Shown: in pieces, positions 38,710 through 47,646 of the stretch
How the letters are laid out: every line of letters begins with the position of its first letter
Numbering within the stretch: the stretch's first letter is position 1
Sequence record: SRR20825019_950
DNA: 49,236 nt
Direction: 5' to 3' (one strand)
Position numbers and translations under genes: made by a program
The notes under the pieces: model-generated
What the model saw: the letters and a program-made list of their open reading frames with translations, nothing else
Database searches by the model: none
Told to the model about the DNA's origin: nothing

Positions 38710-39452
38710 TGGACAAGAACACACCGGTTCCCCGCCTCGCCTTTCTTTATCCTGGACACGCTGCCGAGGATGACTACCCACGTCTGGCCGGAATGATCTC
38801 ACCACCGGCTGAGGTCAGAGTCGTACATACGGCGTTCGATGAAGATGCACATACCGTTGACGCACTCACCGAAATGGGAAGCCCGGCGCGCCTTACGGAA
38901 GGAGCCGGACACCTTGAAAATGCGGATATGGAAGCCGTTTTATGGACCTCCACCAGTGCCAGTTTCGTTCGTGGCATCGACGGTATAGGGGAACAGATCG
39001 AGACGCTCGAAAACCTGCTTCATATCCCGGCCTCTACCACGGCCATGGCATTCGCCAGGGCGGTTACCGCCATCAACGCCAGGCGGGTCGCCATCGCGGC
39101 TACCTACCCGCGGGACATAGCCCTGCTGTTCAAAACGTTTCTGGAGCACTTCGATATCGAGGTGGTGCACATAAACTGCCGCGGCATTATTACCGCAGCG
39201 GAGGTGGGCACGCTGGAGAAAGAGGCCGTATTGAGGTTCGTGACGGACAATGACCACCCGGACGCAGATACAGTATTGATTCCCGATACCGCATTGCATT
39301 CCGCCGCCTGGCTGGAAGACCTGGAGGCAGCGGCGGGCAAGCCGGTACTGACCGCTAATCAGGTCAGCTTCTGGGAGGGGCTGAGGCTGTGCGGCAAACT
39401 GACCCCGCAATCCGGCCTGGGTACCCTGTTCCGGGTAGACCCCTGGAACTAG
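38709..39452 (+). CDS. Maleate isomerase / Asp-Glu racemase superfamily protein (non-canonical active site)
   Basis: LYPGHAAEDDY, WTSTSASF, RRVAIAATY, LIPDTAL, LEAAAGKPVLTANQVSFW, GLGTLF. Confidence 0.8.
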   Translation: MDKNTPVPRLAFLYPGHAAEDDYPRLAGMISPPAEVRVVHTAFDEDAHTVDALTEMGSPARLTEGAGHLENADMEAVLWTSTSASFVRGIDGIGEQIETLENLLHIPASTTAMAFARAVTAINARRVAIAATYPRDIALLFKTFLEHFDIEVVHINCRGIITAAEVGTLEKEAVLRFVTDNDHPDADTVLIPDTALHSAAWLEDLEAAAGKPVLTANQVSFWEGLRLCGKLTPQSGLGTLFRVDPWN

Positions 39453-40342
39453 GCCGCCTGTTTTCGCTGCTGCGTTACCACCAGGGCAACCCCGGTGATG
39501 GAGATAACACCCCCAATCATCGCAAGCACGCCCAGCCTTTCATCAAACAGCCAGTATGCTTCCAGCGCTGTGACAGGTGGCACCAGATAGAAAAGACTGG
39601 CCACCTGTGAGGCAGCACCGCGCCTGATAAGCCACATCAACAGCAGAATCGCCCCGATGGAAACACCGAACACCAGCCAGACCATCGACCAGATCAACGG
39701 CTGAGCCCACACCACCTCACGGGTTTCAAACGCAAAGGCACCAACGGCGAAAAACGTTGCCGCAGCACTGTACTGAATGAACGTACCTGCGACGAGATCC
39801 GACTGGGTGCCGTTACGTTTCTGGTACACCGTGCCCAAGGATATGCCGCCCAGGGACAGCGCAGCCCAAAGCAGGGTCCAAAGCGGGAAATCGGAGGCGG
39901 AAGCACCACCGCCGAACTTTTCCAGCAACACCAGTGTTACACCAACCAGGCCCAGTGTCAGCCCCAGCCATTGCCGGCCAGAGACACTTTCCTTCAGTAC
40001 CAGAATCGCTACAGCCGAGGTTACCAGCGGCTGCAAGCCGACAATAAGCGACACGATTCCCGACGGCATGCCCCCCTGAATCGCGTAGTAAACCCCGCCC
40101 AGATAACAGCCATGCACCAGCAGGCCGGTAACCGCCAGATGACCGGCACCACGCCAACCAGGCCAGCGGGTTTTCATTATCCAGGCGAGTACGCTGAGCA
40201 GTACCAGCGTAAACAGCATGCGTATCAGCAGGAGCGTAAACGGCTCAGCGAAGGGTAAACCATACTTGGCGCCAATGAAGCCCGTGCTCCACAGCCAAAC
40301 AAAGAGCGCCGGCACAAAAAACGAATAGAAAATCGGGGGCAT
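39449..40342 (-). CDS. EamA/DMT-family transporter
   Basis: LWSTGFIGAK, SLIVGLQP, SLFYLVPP, FDERL; ~10 TM segments. Start trimmed to MPPIFY. Confidence 0.92.
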   Translation of the reverse strand: MPPIFYSFFVPALFVWLWSTGFIGAKYGLPFAEPFTLLLIRMLFTLVLLSVLAWIMKTRWPGWRGAGHLAVTGLLVHGCYLGGVYYAIQGGMPSGIVSLIVGLQPLVTSAVAILVLKESVSGRQWLGLTLGLVGVTLVLLEKFGGGASASDFPLWTLLWAALSLGGISLGTVYQKRNGTQSDLVAGTFIQYSAAATFFAVGAFAFETREVVWAQPLIWSMVWLVFGVSIGAILLLMWLIRRGAASQVASLFYLVPPVTALEAYWLFDERLGVLAMIGGVISITGVALVVTQQRKQAA

Positions 40343-40486
40343 ACGGTTAACCGAGAGGCAGACGAATGTGAGTCTGCCCACTGTAACCCGTGACTGGCAA
40401 ACAAAACAGATACAGTAAACGGAATTAACAACCAGTACAGATGTTCAGGGCGGGTCTGTATGGCCGGTGCAATTCCGAAACGCCGT

Positions 40487-40966
40487 CTAAATGCTGTCGT
40501 TCTTCTTGTCCGAGTCGTCCATCAGTTTGCGCTCGGTTTCATTCCACTGTTCTGACAAAGCGTCGTAGGCGTTGGAGAAGCCCTGCTTGGCACGTTCCCA
40601 GGCGGAGGATGAACTGGCCTGCAGCTCGTCATACCATTGCTGGACGCGTTGCCGCTGCTCCTGCAAGGACTCGAGGCTTTTCCTTGAACGTTCCCGGGCC
40701 GTGTCACTCATGTCGTCCCAATTCTGATCCAGTTCCTGCTGTAGCGTGTCTATGCGCTTGTCGAGAGCTGAGAGCGTATTTTCAATGGCTGTTTCCGCCT
40801 CTGCTTTCTGGTCCGCACCGAACTCCTGCAACGCCTGGCCAAGCTCGCGGGTTTCTTTTTTCAGCGACTCAACCGAAGAATCCCCGGACGATTCCGCCTG
40901 CAGGGAACCGGACATGCCAAGTGCAAGAACGAAAGCCAGAGAATAACCGAGTTGTTTGAAGAGCAT
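40487..40966 (-). CDS. Exported alpha-helical hypothetical protein
   Basis: Signal peptide (SLQA-ES), then acidic amphipathic helices with spaced Trp residues. GGGAG RBS. Confidence 0.7.
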   Translation of the reverse strand: MLFKQLGYSLAFVLALGMSGSLQAESSGDSSVESLKKETRELGQALQEFGADQKAEAETAIENTLSALDKRIDTLQQELDQNWDDMSDTARERSRKSLESLQEQRQRVQQWYDELQASSSSAWERAKQGFSNAYDALSEQWNETERKLMDDSDKKNDSI

Positions 40967-41187
40967 TGAAATTCTCCCGATATTATTTGGTAGACAGTAA
41001 CAACTTTTGTCGTAAAACCGCACCTTAGCAAAGCTTAATCAACTGACAATAAAGGTAATTAGACCAACAAAACAATCGTTTGCAGCACAAATCATTCTCT
41101 TGCGAAGCGTTTTCGGACTTCCACTATTTGTGGCTTTCAGGCCCATGTGCCACTTTGAAGGTGACGTTACACAACAGGAGAAATACT

Positions 41188-41364
41188 ATGCTCTATTGGG
41201 CTATTGTATGCCTGATCGTCGCGGTAATCGCCGGCGTACTTGGTTTTGGCGGTATCGCGGGGACAGCCGCAGGGTTTGCGAAAATTCTGTTCTTTATCTT
41301 TCTGGTTCTGCTGGTTATTTCACTGGTGGCCAACGCGCTTCGGGGCAAAGGACCGAAGCCCTAG
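41188..41364 (+). CDS. DUF1328 / UPF0391 (YtjA-like) small membrane protein
   Basis: [50 protein letters not shown]. Confidence 0.92.
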   Translation: MLYWAIVCLIVAVIAGVLGFGGIAGTAAGFAKILFFIFLVLLVISLVANALRGKGPKP

Positions 41365-41390
41365 AAGTCTTCGCGTCCGGCGGCATGTTT

Positions 41391-41921
41391 TTAACGTGTC
41401 GCCGGCATCTGCAACATCACCGCCGATATGTCGTCGCAAACGTCTTCCTGACTCTTACCAACACAATTGACTGCCACGTCCGCGGCCCGCGAGTAAAGCT
41501 CAAAACGTTCCCAAAACAGCTGTTCCAGCGACTGATCCGGTCGTCGGGAGATGCCACGGGCGCTGTAATCCCCTATCCTCGCAATGACCACCTCCAGCGG
41601 AATATCAAGAAACACCACGAGACCATCAGCTTTCAGGTGGCTCATCGCAGGTTCGCTGTAGACGGCACTGCCGCCCGTGGATATCACCTGACGCCGCACA
41701 TCCAGCCTCAGCAATACCTGCTCCTCAATTCGCCTTAGTGCCTGATAGCCATCACCGTCGACAATGTCCTGCAAGGTGCGACCTGCTTCCTCCTGAATCA
41801 GCAGGTCCGTATCGATAAACCCCAGGCCAAGCTGTTTTGCCAACAGCACCCCAACCGTACTTTTGCCGCTGCCGGGCATTCCGATGAGTACAAGGTTGCT
41901 GCGGGACGTATTCAAAGGCAC
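41391..41921 (-). CDS. Shikimate kinase family protein (stand-alone AroK-like)
   Basis: LIGMPGSGKSTVG, FIDTD, RRIEE, VISTGGS. Not linked to aroB here. Confidence 0.85.
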   Translation of the reverse strand: MPLNTSRSNLVLIGMPGSGKSTVGVLLAKQLGLGFIDTDLLIQEEAGRTLQDIVDGDGYQALRRIEEQVLLRLDVRRQVISTGGSAVYSEPAMSHLKADGLVVFLDIPLEVVIARIGDYSARGISRRPDQSLEQLFWERFELYSRAADVAVNCVGKSQEDVCDDISAVMLQMPATR

Positions 41922-42094
41922 AGAATCTCCAGGATGTCGCCAACAATGAGAATTGACCGGCTATATTGAGAAAAGTAACACTTTTCCGACAAACATTGCG
42001 GTTTCTTCAGGCGATTAACGCCGTATAATCCGCCTTACGGTTGTTATTTACGAATGCAGGCGGCGTTCTTGATCATGCACTCCAAGAGTCAACG

Positions 42095-42796
42095 ATGATA
42101 AGCGGCAAAACCCTTCTCACTTCCTCGCTGGCATGTCTGCTACTGGCTTTCGTTGCGCCCGTATCGGCGGACAGTATCAAGCGTATTGTGCACCCCGACG
42201 GTACCGTGGAGTACACCAACGTCAAGGGCAGTGGCGACAAGCGTGCGTCAACAAAGGATGAAGTGGTTTACCGCTACACTGACGACAATGGCGTGGTTGC
42301 CTACAGTGGTATCCAGCCCGCCAGCTCGAATTTCAGTGTCATCCGGTTCCACTGCTACGCCTGCGATCCGGATTCCAACGTGAATTGGCGCACCACACCG
42401 CTGTTCCTGTCGCCCTACCGGGATGAAATCAAGACGGCCGCCAGGGAGTTCAACGTTGACCCCGCTCTGGTTCGGGCTGTCATCCATGCGGAATCGGCGT
42501 TTAATGACAAAGCCCTGTCGCCCAAGGGAGCCCAGGGGCTGATGCAGTTAATGCCTGCCACCGCAGAGGAGCTGGGTGTTCGCAATGCCATGGTGGCCCC
42601 GGAGAATATTCGCGGTGGAGTCAATTACCTGGCCCGTATGCTCAAGCGCTTCGACGGTGACATCAAGCTGGCAACGGCCGCCTACAATGCCGGCCCGGGG
42701 GCCGTCGGGCGCCATGGAGGCATACCACCCTACGCGGAAACCCGCGCCTATGTGGAGCGGGTTGGAATCCTTCATCAGCGCTACGCCAGTAACTGA
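42095..42796 (+). CDS. Lytic transglycosylase (SLT) with N-terminal DUF4124-like segments
   Basis: Signal peptide, YRYTDDNGVVAYS, AVIHAESAF, GAQGLMQLMP, AAYNAG, PPYAETRAYV. Confidence 0.9.
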   Translation: MISGKTLLTSSLACLLLAFVAPVSADSIKRIVHPDGTVEYTNVKGSGDKRASTKDEVVYRYTDDNGVVAYSGIQPASSNFSVIRFHCYACDPDSNVNWRTTPLFLSPYRDEIKTAAREFNVDPALVRAVIHAESAFNDKALSPKGAQGLMQLMPATAEELGVRNAMVAPENIRGGVNYLARMLKRFDGDIKLATAAYNAGPGAVGRHGGIPPYAETRAYVERVGILHQRYASN

Positions 42797-42801
42797 CCGG
42801 C

Positions 42802-43428
42802 CTAACCGAACGCCAGCCAGGCGCCCACCAGCATCATCAGACTGCCCGCCACACGGTTAACCGTGCGAACACCACCGCCTTGCTTTAGCGCCTTGCGCAG
42901 AGTCTTTCCACCGTGGGCGTAGAGCTGTAGGCAGAGGAACTCCAGGGCCAGTATGATCAGGATGAGAACCGTGAGTTGTGGCGCCATTGGCAGTTTACTG
43001 TCGATAAACGGCGGCAGTAGCGCAATGAAAAACGCCCAGCCCTTCGGGTTGGCAATAGCGGTCACAAACCCCTGGAGCGCCAATTGCGCCCTTGAGCTCT
43101 CCACCGGTTGCGAATCCTCCTCCGGCATGGCCATTTTGCCCCGGGACTGCCACATCTGGATGCCCAGCCAGGCAAGGTAGGCGCCACCTACAACCTTGAA
43201 TACGTCGAAGGCCGTCGGGTACTTCAACATGAAGGTTGCCACACCTACTGCCGCCGCAGTCGCCACTACAGCCACGCCAACCAGCTCCCCGGCCATCATC
43301 CACAGCGCCCGCTTCACGCCAATGGTAATACCAAGGGACAGCGCCAGGGTCATACACATGCCCGGCGTAATGGACACCACAAAAAACGTCGGGATAAACG
43401 CGGACAGCAGGGCCAGGTTCAGTGACAT
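42802..43428 (-). CDS. LysE/RhtB-family exporter
   Basis: SITPGMCM, GGAYLAWLG, GFVTAIANPKGW. Confidence 0.9.
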   Translation of the reverse strand: MSLNLALLSAFIPTFFVVSITPGMCMTLALSLGITIGVKRALWMMAGELVGVAVVATAAAVGVATFMLKYPTAFDVFKVVGGAYLAWLGIQMWQSRGKMAMPEEDSQPVESSRAQLALQGFVTAIANPKGWAFFIALLPPFIDSKLPMAPQLTVLILIILALEFLCLQLYAHGGKTLRKALKQGGGVRTVNRVAGSLMMLVGAWLAFG

Positions 43429-43464
43429 CACAGACAGACTCTTACGTTGAGAGAAACCGAACTC

Positions 43465-44166
43465 TTAATTATACAGTCCACGCAGATAATGCAACCCGGA
43501 CAGCTGAGCCATCTGCCCACGAATCCAGGCCACCCTCTCCCATACATAGGACGAGGGGCTGGCGGCACTGAGCACTTTCGGATTGGGAAGAACCGCAGCA
43601 AGCCGTGCTGCCTGGGTTTGCGACAGCCGGCTCGCGGGAATGCCGAAAAAGGCCCAACTGGCAGCCTCAACACCGTAGATCCCATGGCCGAATTCGGCGA
43701 TATTCAGGTACACCTCCATGATCCGACGCTTCGGCCAGATAGCGTCGATACCGAGCGCCAGCCCGGCCTCCAACGCCTTGCGTACGAAACTGCGTCCGTT
43801 CCACAGGAACAGGTTTTTTGCCGTTTGCTGGGTGATGGTGCTGGCGCCCCGCAACCCCTGGCCCGCACGGTATTCCGCAAGTGCCTTGCGAATGGCGCTG
43901 AAATCCACCCCCTGATGGTACGGAAAGCGTTGATCCTCACTGGCCACCACTGCCAACGGTACCCAGGGTGATATCTCGTCCAGGCTAACCCACTCCTGTC
44001 TGAGCTCGTGGCTGGAACCGGAAAACAGATGCCCCAGCATGAAGGTGGACGTCGGCGGATTCACGAACCGTAGCAGGACAATCAATGCGATTATCAGCAG
44101 CAAAAAGCCCACCAGTAACCAGGCAAGCGCGCGCAGGGATTTTTGGATCACGGATCGTTGAGCCAC
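43465..44166 (-). CDS. mtgA: Monofunctional biosynthetic peptidoglycan transglycosylase
   Basis: [59 protein letters not shown]. Confidence 0.95.
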   Translation of the reverse strand: MAQRSVIQKSLRALAWLLVGFLLLIIALIVLLRFVNPPTSTFMLGHLFSGSSHELRQEWVSLDEISPWVPLAVVASEDQRFPYHQGVDFSAIRKALAEYRAGQGLRGASTITQQTAKNLFLWNGRSFVRKALEAGLALGIDAIWPKRRIMEVYLNIAEFGHGIYGVEAASWAFFGIPASRLSQTQAARLAAVLPNPKVLSAASPSSYVWERVAWIRGQMAQLSGLHYLRGLYN

Positions 44167-44230
44167 GGTGTTATCATCACCCAGGTTTGGGAATCACGGA
44201 GAAAGTCGGAAAGACTATAACATTGCCACT

Positions 44231-44923
44231 ATGAAGCTTTCCCGAATTCTCAGTAATCAAAACGGTGTCAGCCGCAAGCAGGCCAACGCCCTGGTCGCGG
44301 CCGGAACGGTTACAGTGGACGGTTGTATCTGCAGGGAGACAGCCTGGGAAGTCGACCGTTTCAGCACTGTAGCCTGCAACGGCAGGGTTATCCAGCACGG
44401 GGACCGGGCCCACTACCTGATGCTGAACAAACCGGCCGGATACCTCAGTGCCACGGCGGACAAGATTCACAAAACCGTAATGGAGCTGATCGACCCGGAA
44501 CTGCGAAAAGACCTTCACATTGCCGGCAGGCTTGACCGTGCCAGCACCGGTTTGTTGATACTGACCAATGACGGAACCTGGTCACGAAGGCTTACGGAGC
44601 CCAGGGTAAAGCTCCCCAAAGTCTATCGGGTCACCACGGTCGAACCGGTTTCAACCGATGCCATAGAGCGCTTCGCGCAGGGAATCTGGTTCGAATACGA
44701 ACAACTGACCACCTCTCCTGCGCGCCTGGAACCACTGTCTGCCAACGAATCCAGGGTAACGATCTACGAAGGCCGCTATCATCAGATCAAGCGTATGTTC
44801 CACGCAACGGGCAACCGTGTGAGTAGCCTGCACCGGGAACAAATGGGCGCGATCACATTGGACCCAACGCTGAAACCCGGGGAATTCCGACCACTCACCA
44901 CCCGCGAAATTATTCTGGAATAA
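44231..44923 (+). CDS. RsuA-family rRNA pseudouridine synthase
   Basis: S4-like N-terminus, LNKPAGY, AGRLDRASTGL, EGRYHQIKRMF, LHRE. Confidence 0.92.
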   Translation: MKLSRILSNQNGVSRKQANALVAAGTVTVDGCICRETAWEVDRFSTVACNGRVIQHGDRAHYLMLNKPAGYLSATADKIHKTVMELIDPELRKDLHIAGRLDRASTGLLILTNDGTWSRRLTEPRVKLPKVYRVTTVEPVSTDAIERFAQGIWFEYEQLTTSPARLEPLSANESRVTIYEGRYHQIKRMFHATGNRVSSLHREQMGAITLDPTLKPGEFRPLTTREIILE

Positions 44924-44930
44924 CAACGAA

Positions 44931-44956
44931 ACAGGGGGCGGTTTCCCGCCCCCTGT
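44931..44956. terminator. Intrinsic terminator hairpin between convergent genes
   Basis: ACAGGGGGCGG-TTTC-CCGCCCCCTGT with a short A-run on the left, which gives a U-tract for phaZ. Confidence 0.75.
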
Positions 44957-44978
44957 GATCGCCTGTCTTCGATGGCGA

Positions 44979-46721
44979 TCAGTTACATTGGCCGGCTTTG
45001 AAGACGCCGCTGTCGGTCTCCTTCACCCAGCTGTAGGTGCCGGATACCGCGCCCAGGTAATCGTTACCACCGGTGGTGTAGTACCCCCCTGAATAGTACG
45101 CCCGGCCAGCGGTATCATGGTTGAGATGGGTGTCGTTCCAGTCCTGGCAGGTGACATCGCCGCCGGAGCCACCACCATCACCGCCTCCGCCGGTTCCGCT
45201 GCAGGCGCTGGGTTCGGACGTATACCATAGCCCCGGATCGCCCTCATAGAGGGTGACATTGCTCCAGGTGTCGAAGGAGCCCCCAATGTCGATGTCGTCG
45301 CCACTGGCATAGGCCCTCAGGTTGGAGTTACCTCCAGCGTAGGCCCGGTTTGCCGAGATGTGGGCACTGGGCGACGCTGTCGCCTGCTCGCAGGTCTCGG
45401 TTGGTGCGTTGGGATCATACACCTCGACCTGACGGCTTTTTGTCGTGGTATTGCTGTCGCTGTCGGTCGCACTGTAGTCACAGGTGTAGGTTCCAACCGT
45501 TGACGTATCCACCCCACTGCAGTCAGCCGTTACCGTCAATGAACCGTCCTCGGCATCCTGCCCGGTGGCTCCCGGATCGGTAAACGTGGTGTTGATCGCC
45601 ACGGTCATCGGGTTATCGCCGATCAACGTGATGACCGGGAAACCCTCAGGCTCGGTTCCATCGCGGCTGTGACGGTTAAAGAAATCCCAGATAATATCCG
45701 GATAACTGGGCCCCACCCTCACGGACCATTTGCCATTATTACCATTCTCGCCACCTACCCAATAATGGCCATGGTTGGTGTCCTGGGTATTGGGGGTCGA
45801 CAAGGGTCCATCCAGGTAGACGGTTTCAACCACCGAACGTGTTCCGCTGGTGCCATCCTGGGTATAACGGATGTGCTCGCAGCTGTGGTTGTTCTGGTAG
45901 TAAGGCGAACAGGCGACAGAGGAAGCATAGGCTTGGCCCGTAGTCTTGAACCCGGACTCGCCGAACACCTGTAGGTGCGCATCCCGAGTGTTATCAGCCG
46001 CCTCTTTCACCACAGTGCAGTCATTCTCGTTCTGCAACACCATGAGCGGGATTGGATACTGGTCGTCCACCTCCGACTGCATGTCGGATGACACCCGCGA
46101 TACGCTGTGAAACGTCGCACTGCCGGGACACTGTCCGGACAACGAGACAGACGCAGAATCCTCACCGTACGGCAGGCCCGAGGCAGGCGCGGCCGCCGCC
46201 CAGTATTCGTTATGGGCCACCGAGGCTACGGTTGCCATGGCACCGCCGGAAGACAGGCCGGTGATATAACGGCGATTGGCGTCAATGGTGTAATTGGCCT
46301 CAACAGCCTGTGCAATCTGGTGCAGGTCTTCCACTTCGCCGGCGCCTTCGTGGCGATGGTGATCAAACCAGAAGCCCCAACAGTTTTCATTACGCAGCCC
46401 GTCGTAGCTGGTAATGAAGGGGGCAACCAGAATGAATCCGTACTCATCGGCGGCGGCTTTCAACCCCCAGTCATTGAGCACGTCGTTGTTGGTCTGTTTA
46501 CAACCATGCAATGCCATCACCATGGGTGCAGGCGATTGCACGTTCGAGGGCACGTACACCTTGTAGTTACGGGCTCTGGACTGGTTGTAGGATTGCTGTG
46601 GCAGGGTATAGGAATCTGTCTGGCCTGCGAACGCAGGAAGAGCAGGAATCATCAGGGCGGCGGAGGCCAGCAATGCCGATAGCGTGCCACCACGCACCTG
46701 ACGTGCGATGAGTTGGAACAT
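44979..46721 (-). CDS. phaZ: Extracellular poly(3-hydroxybutyrate) depolymerase (catalytic type 1 domain, Ig/cadherin-like linker, two substrate-binding domains)
   Basis: Signal peptide (AFA-GQ), ALHGCKQ oxyanion region, CWGFW, lipase box GLSSG, HGHYW, IWDFF; PVITLIG...DPGATGQDAEDG Ig-like repeat; two His/RAY-type substrate-binding repeats. Confidence 0.9.
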   Translation of the reverse strand: MFQLIARQVRGGTLSALLASAALMIPALPAFAGQTDSYTLPQQSYNQSRARNYKVYVPSNVQSPAPMVMALHGCKQTNNDVLNDWGLKAAADEYGFILVAPFITSYDGLRNENCWGFWFDHHRHEGAGEVEDLHQIAQAVEANYTIDANRRYITGLSSGGAMATVASVAHNEYWAAAAPASGLPYGEDSASVSLSGQCPGSATFHSVSRVSSDMQSEVDDQYPIPLMVLQNENDCTVVKEAADNTRDAHLQVFGESGFKTTGQAYASSVACSPYYQNNHSCEHIRYTQDGTSGTRSVVETVYLDGPLSTPNTQDTNHGHYWVGGENGNNGKWSVRVGPSYPDIIWDFFNRHSRDGTEPEGFPVITLIGDNPMTVAINTTFTDPGATGQDAEDGSLTVTADCSGVDTSTVGTYTCDYSATDSDSNTTTKSRQVEVYDPNAPTETCEQATASPSAHISANRAYAGGNSNLRAYASGDDIDIGGSFDTWSNVTLYEGDPGLWYTSEPSACSGTGGGGDGGGSGGDVTCQDWNDTHLNHDTAGRAYYSGGYYTTGGNDYLGAVSGTYSWVKETDSGVFKAGQCN

Positions 46722-46765
46722 CTTGAGCTCCTTTTATTGGATTTATTGTTCGGCAGTGTTGGAAC

Positions 46766-46781
46766 TGAAAGATACGTGCCA
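46766..46781 (-). promoter_or_regulatory. Candidate sigma-54 promoter of phaZ
   Basis: Minus strand TGGCACGTATCTTTCA: perfect -24 element and correct spacing, but TTTC instead of TTGC at -12. Confidence 0.45.
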
Positions 46782-46952
46782 GGATTGCAGGTTGCTGATT
46801 TCCCTCATCCCAGGGAGGGGGCCGAGTAAAGGTATGCCCGGAACGCCGGACAGGGTGTCCGAGCGCCCGGACGGCCAAGAGCCTGCACGGGCAGTCATTC
46901 GCTCAACTTTCAGGTACCCTGCCGTTATTCGCCCTTACACACAGGAGCCACC

Positions 46953-47597
46953 ATGACCCAAATAGCCATCGACATTGTTTCCGATATTGCCTGCCCCTGG
47001 TGCGCCATTGGCTATGCCCGCCTGGAAAAGGCGATGGACGCCCTGAAAGACGACATGGACTTCACCGTTGCATGGCATGCCTTTGAGTTGAACCCGGATC
47101 CATCCGGGGACGGTGAACCTATCCTGCCCGCCCTGAGCCGCAAATACGGCCGTAGTGAGGACGAGATGAGAGCCAATCAGGCGCAGATGATGGACATTGC
47201 CAAGGGGCTGGGACTGAATTTCGAGAAACTCCAGGAACGCTACACTCGAAACACCTTTGATGCCCATAGGCTGGTGAAGTGGGCCGGTGAACAGGGCAAG
47301 CAGACCGATATGAAACTGGCGTTTTTCGAGGCCTATTTCGGACGCGGTGAGAATATTTCCAATCCGGATACGCTGATCCACTGTGTGGAAACGATTGGCC
47401 TGGACGGCTCGCAAGCGCGCGAGGTACTGGCATCTGACCAGTATGCAGAGGCTGTGCGAGAGGAAGAAGCGCAGTATCAGCAGGCGGGGGTGTCGGCAGT
47501 TCCTGCTTACATCATTAACCAGAAATACCTGATATCCGGTGCGCAGGAGCCAGAAACCCTGGTCAACGCGTTCCGGGAGATCGCTGACTCTGCCTGA
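46953..47597 (+). CDS. DsbA-family oxidoreductase (FrnE-like)
   Basis: SDIACPWCAIG, FELNP, NTFDAHRL, GVSAVP, ISGAQ; CAGGAG RBS. Confidence 0.92.
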   Translation: MTQIAIDIVSDIACPWCAIGYARLEKAMDALKDDMDFTVAWHAFELNPDPSGDGEPILPALSRKYGRSEDEMRANQAQMMDIAKGLGLNFEKLQERYTRNTFDAHRLVKWAGEQGKQTDMKLAFFEAYFGRGENISNPDTLIHCVETIGLDGSQAREVLASDQYAEAVREEEAQYQQAGVSAVPAYIINQKYLISGAQEPETLVNAFREIADSA

Positions 47598-47604
47598 CCA
47601 AAAC

Positions 47605-47636
47605 CCTCGCAACGCCCTTCCCTGGGCGTTGCGAGG
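47605..47636. terminator. Hairpin between convergent DsbA-family gene and putA
   Basis: CCTCGCAACGCCC-TTCCCT-GGGCGTTGCGAGG, 13-bp stem, preceded by AAAAC (U-tract on the minus strand). Confidence 0.75.
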
Positions 47637-47646
47637 TGACAGGTCG

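Noticed and set aside
9016..39452. Split ectoine pathway made of the EutD-like hydrolase and the EutA-like racemase-fold protein
   Set aside because: ~28 kb apart, no other eut/doe genes, and only family-level similarity.
40394..40409. CTGGCAAACAAAACAG, a CTG-N10-CAG SOS-like site upstream of the EamA gene
   Set aside because: Poor match to the alternating AT core and no DNA-repair context; likely chance.
2726..47636. Intergenic hairpins as a REP/MITE family or CRISPR repeats
   Set aside because: The five hairpins share no sequence, each lies between convergent genes, and there is no repeat-spacer periodicity.
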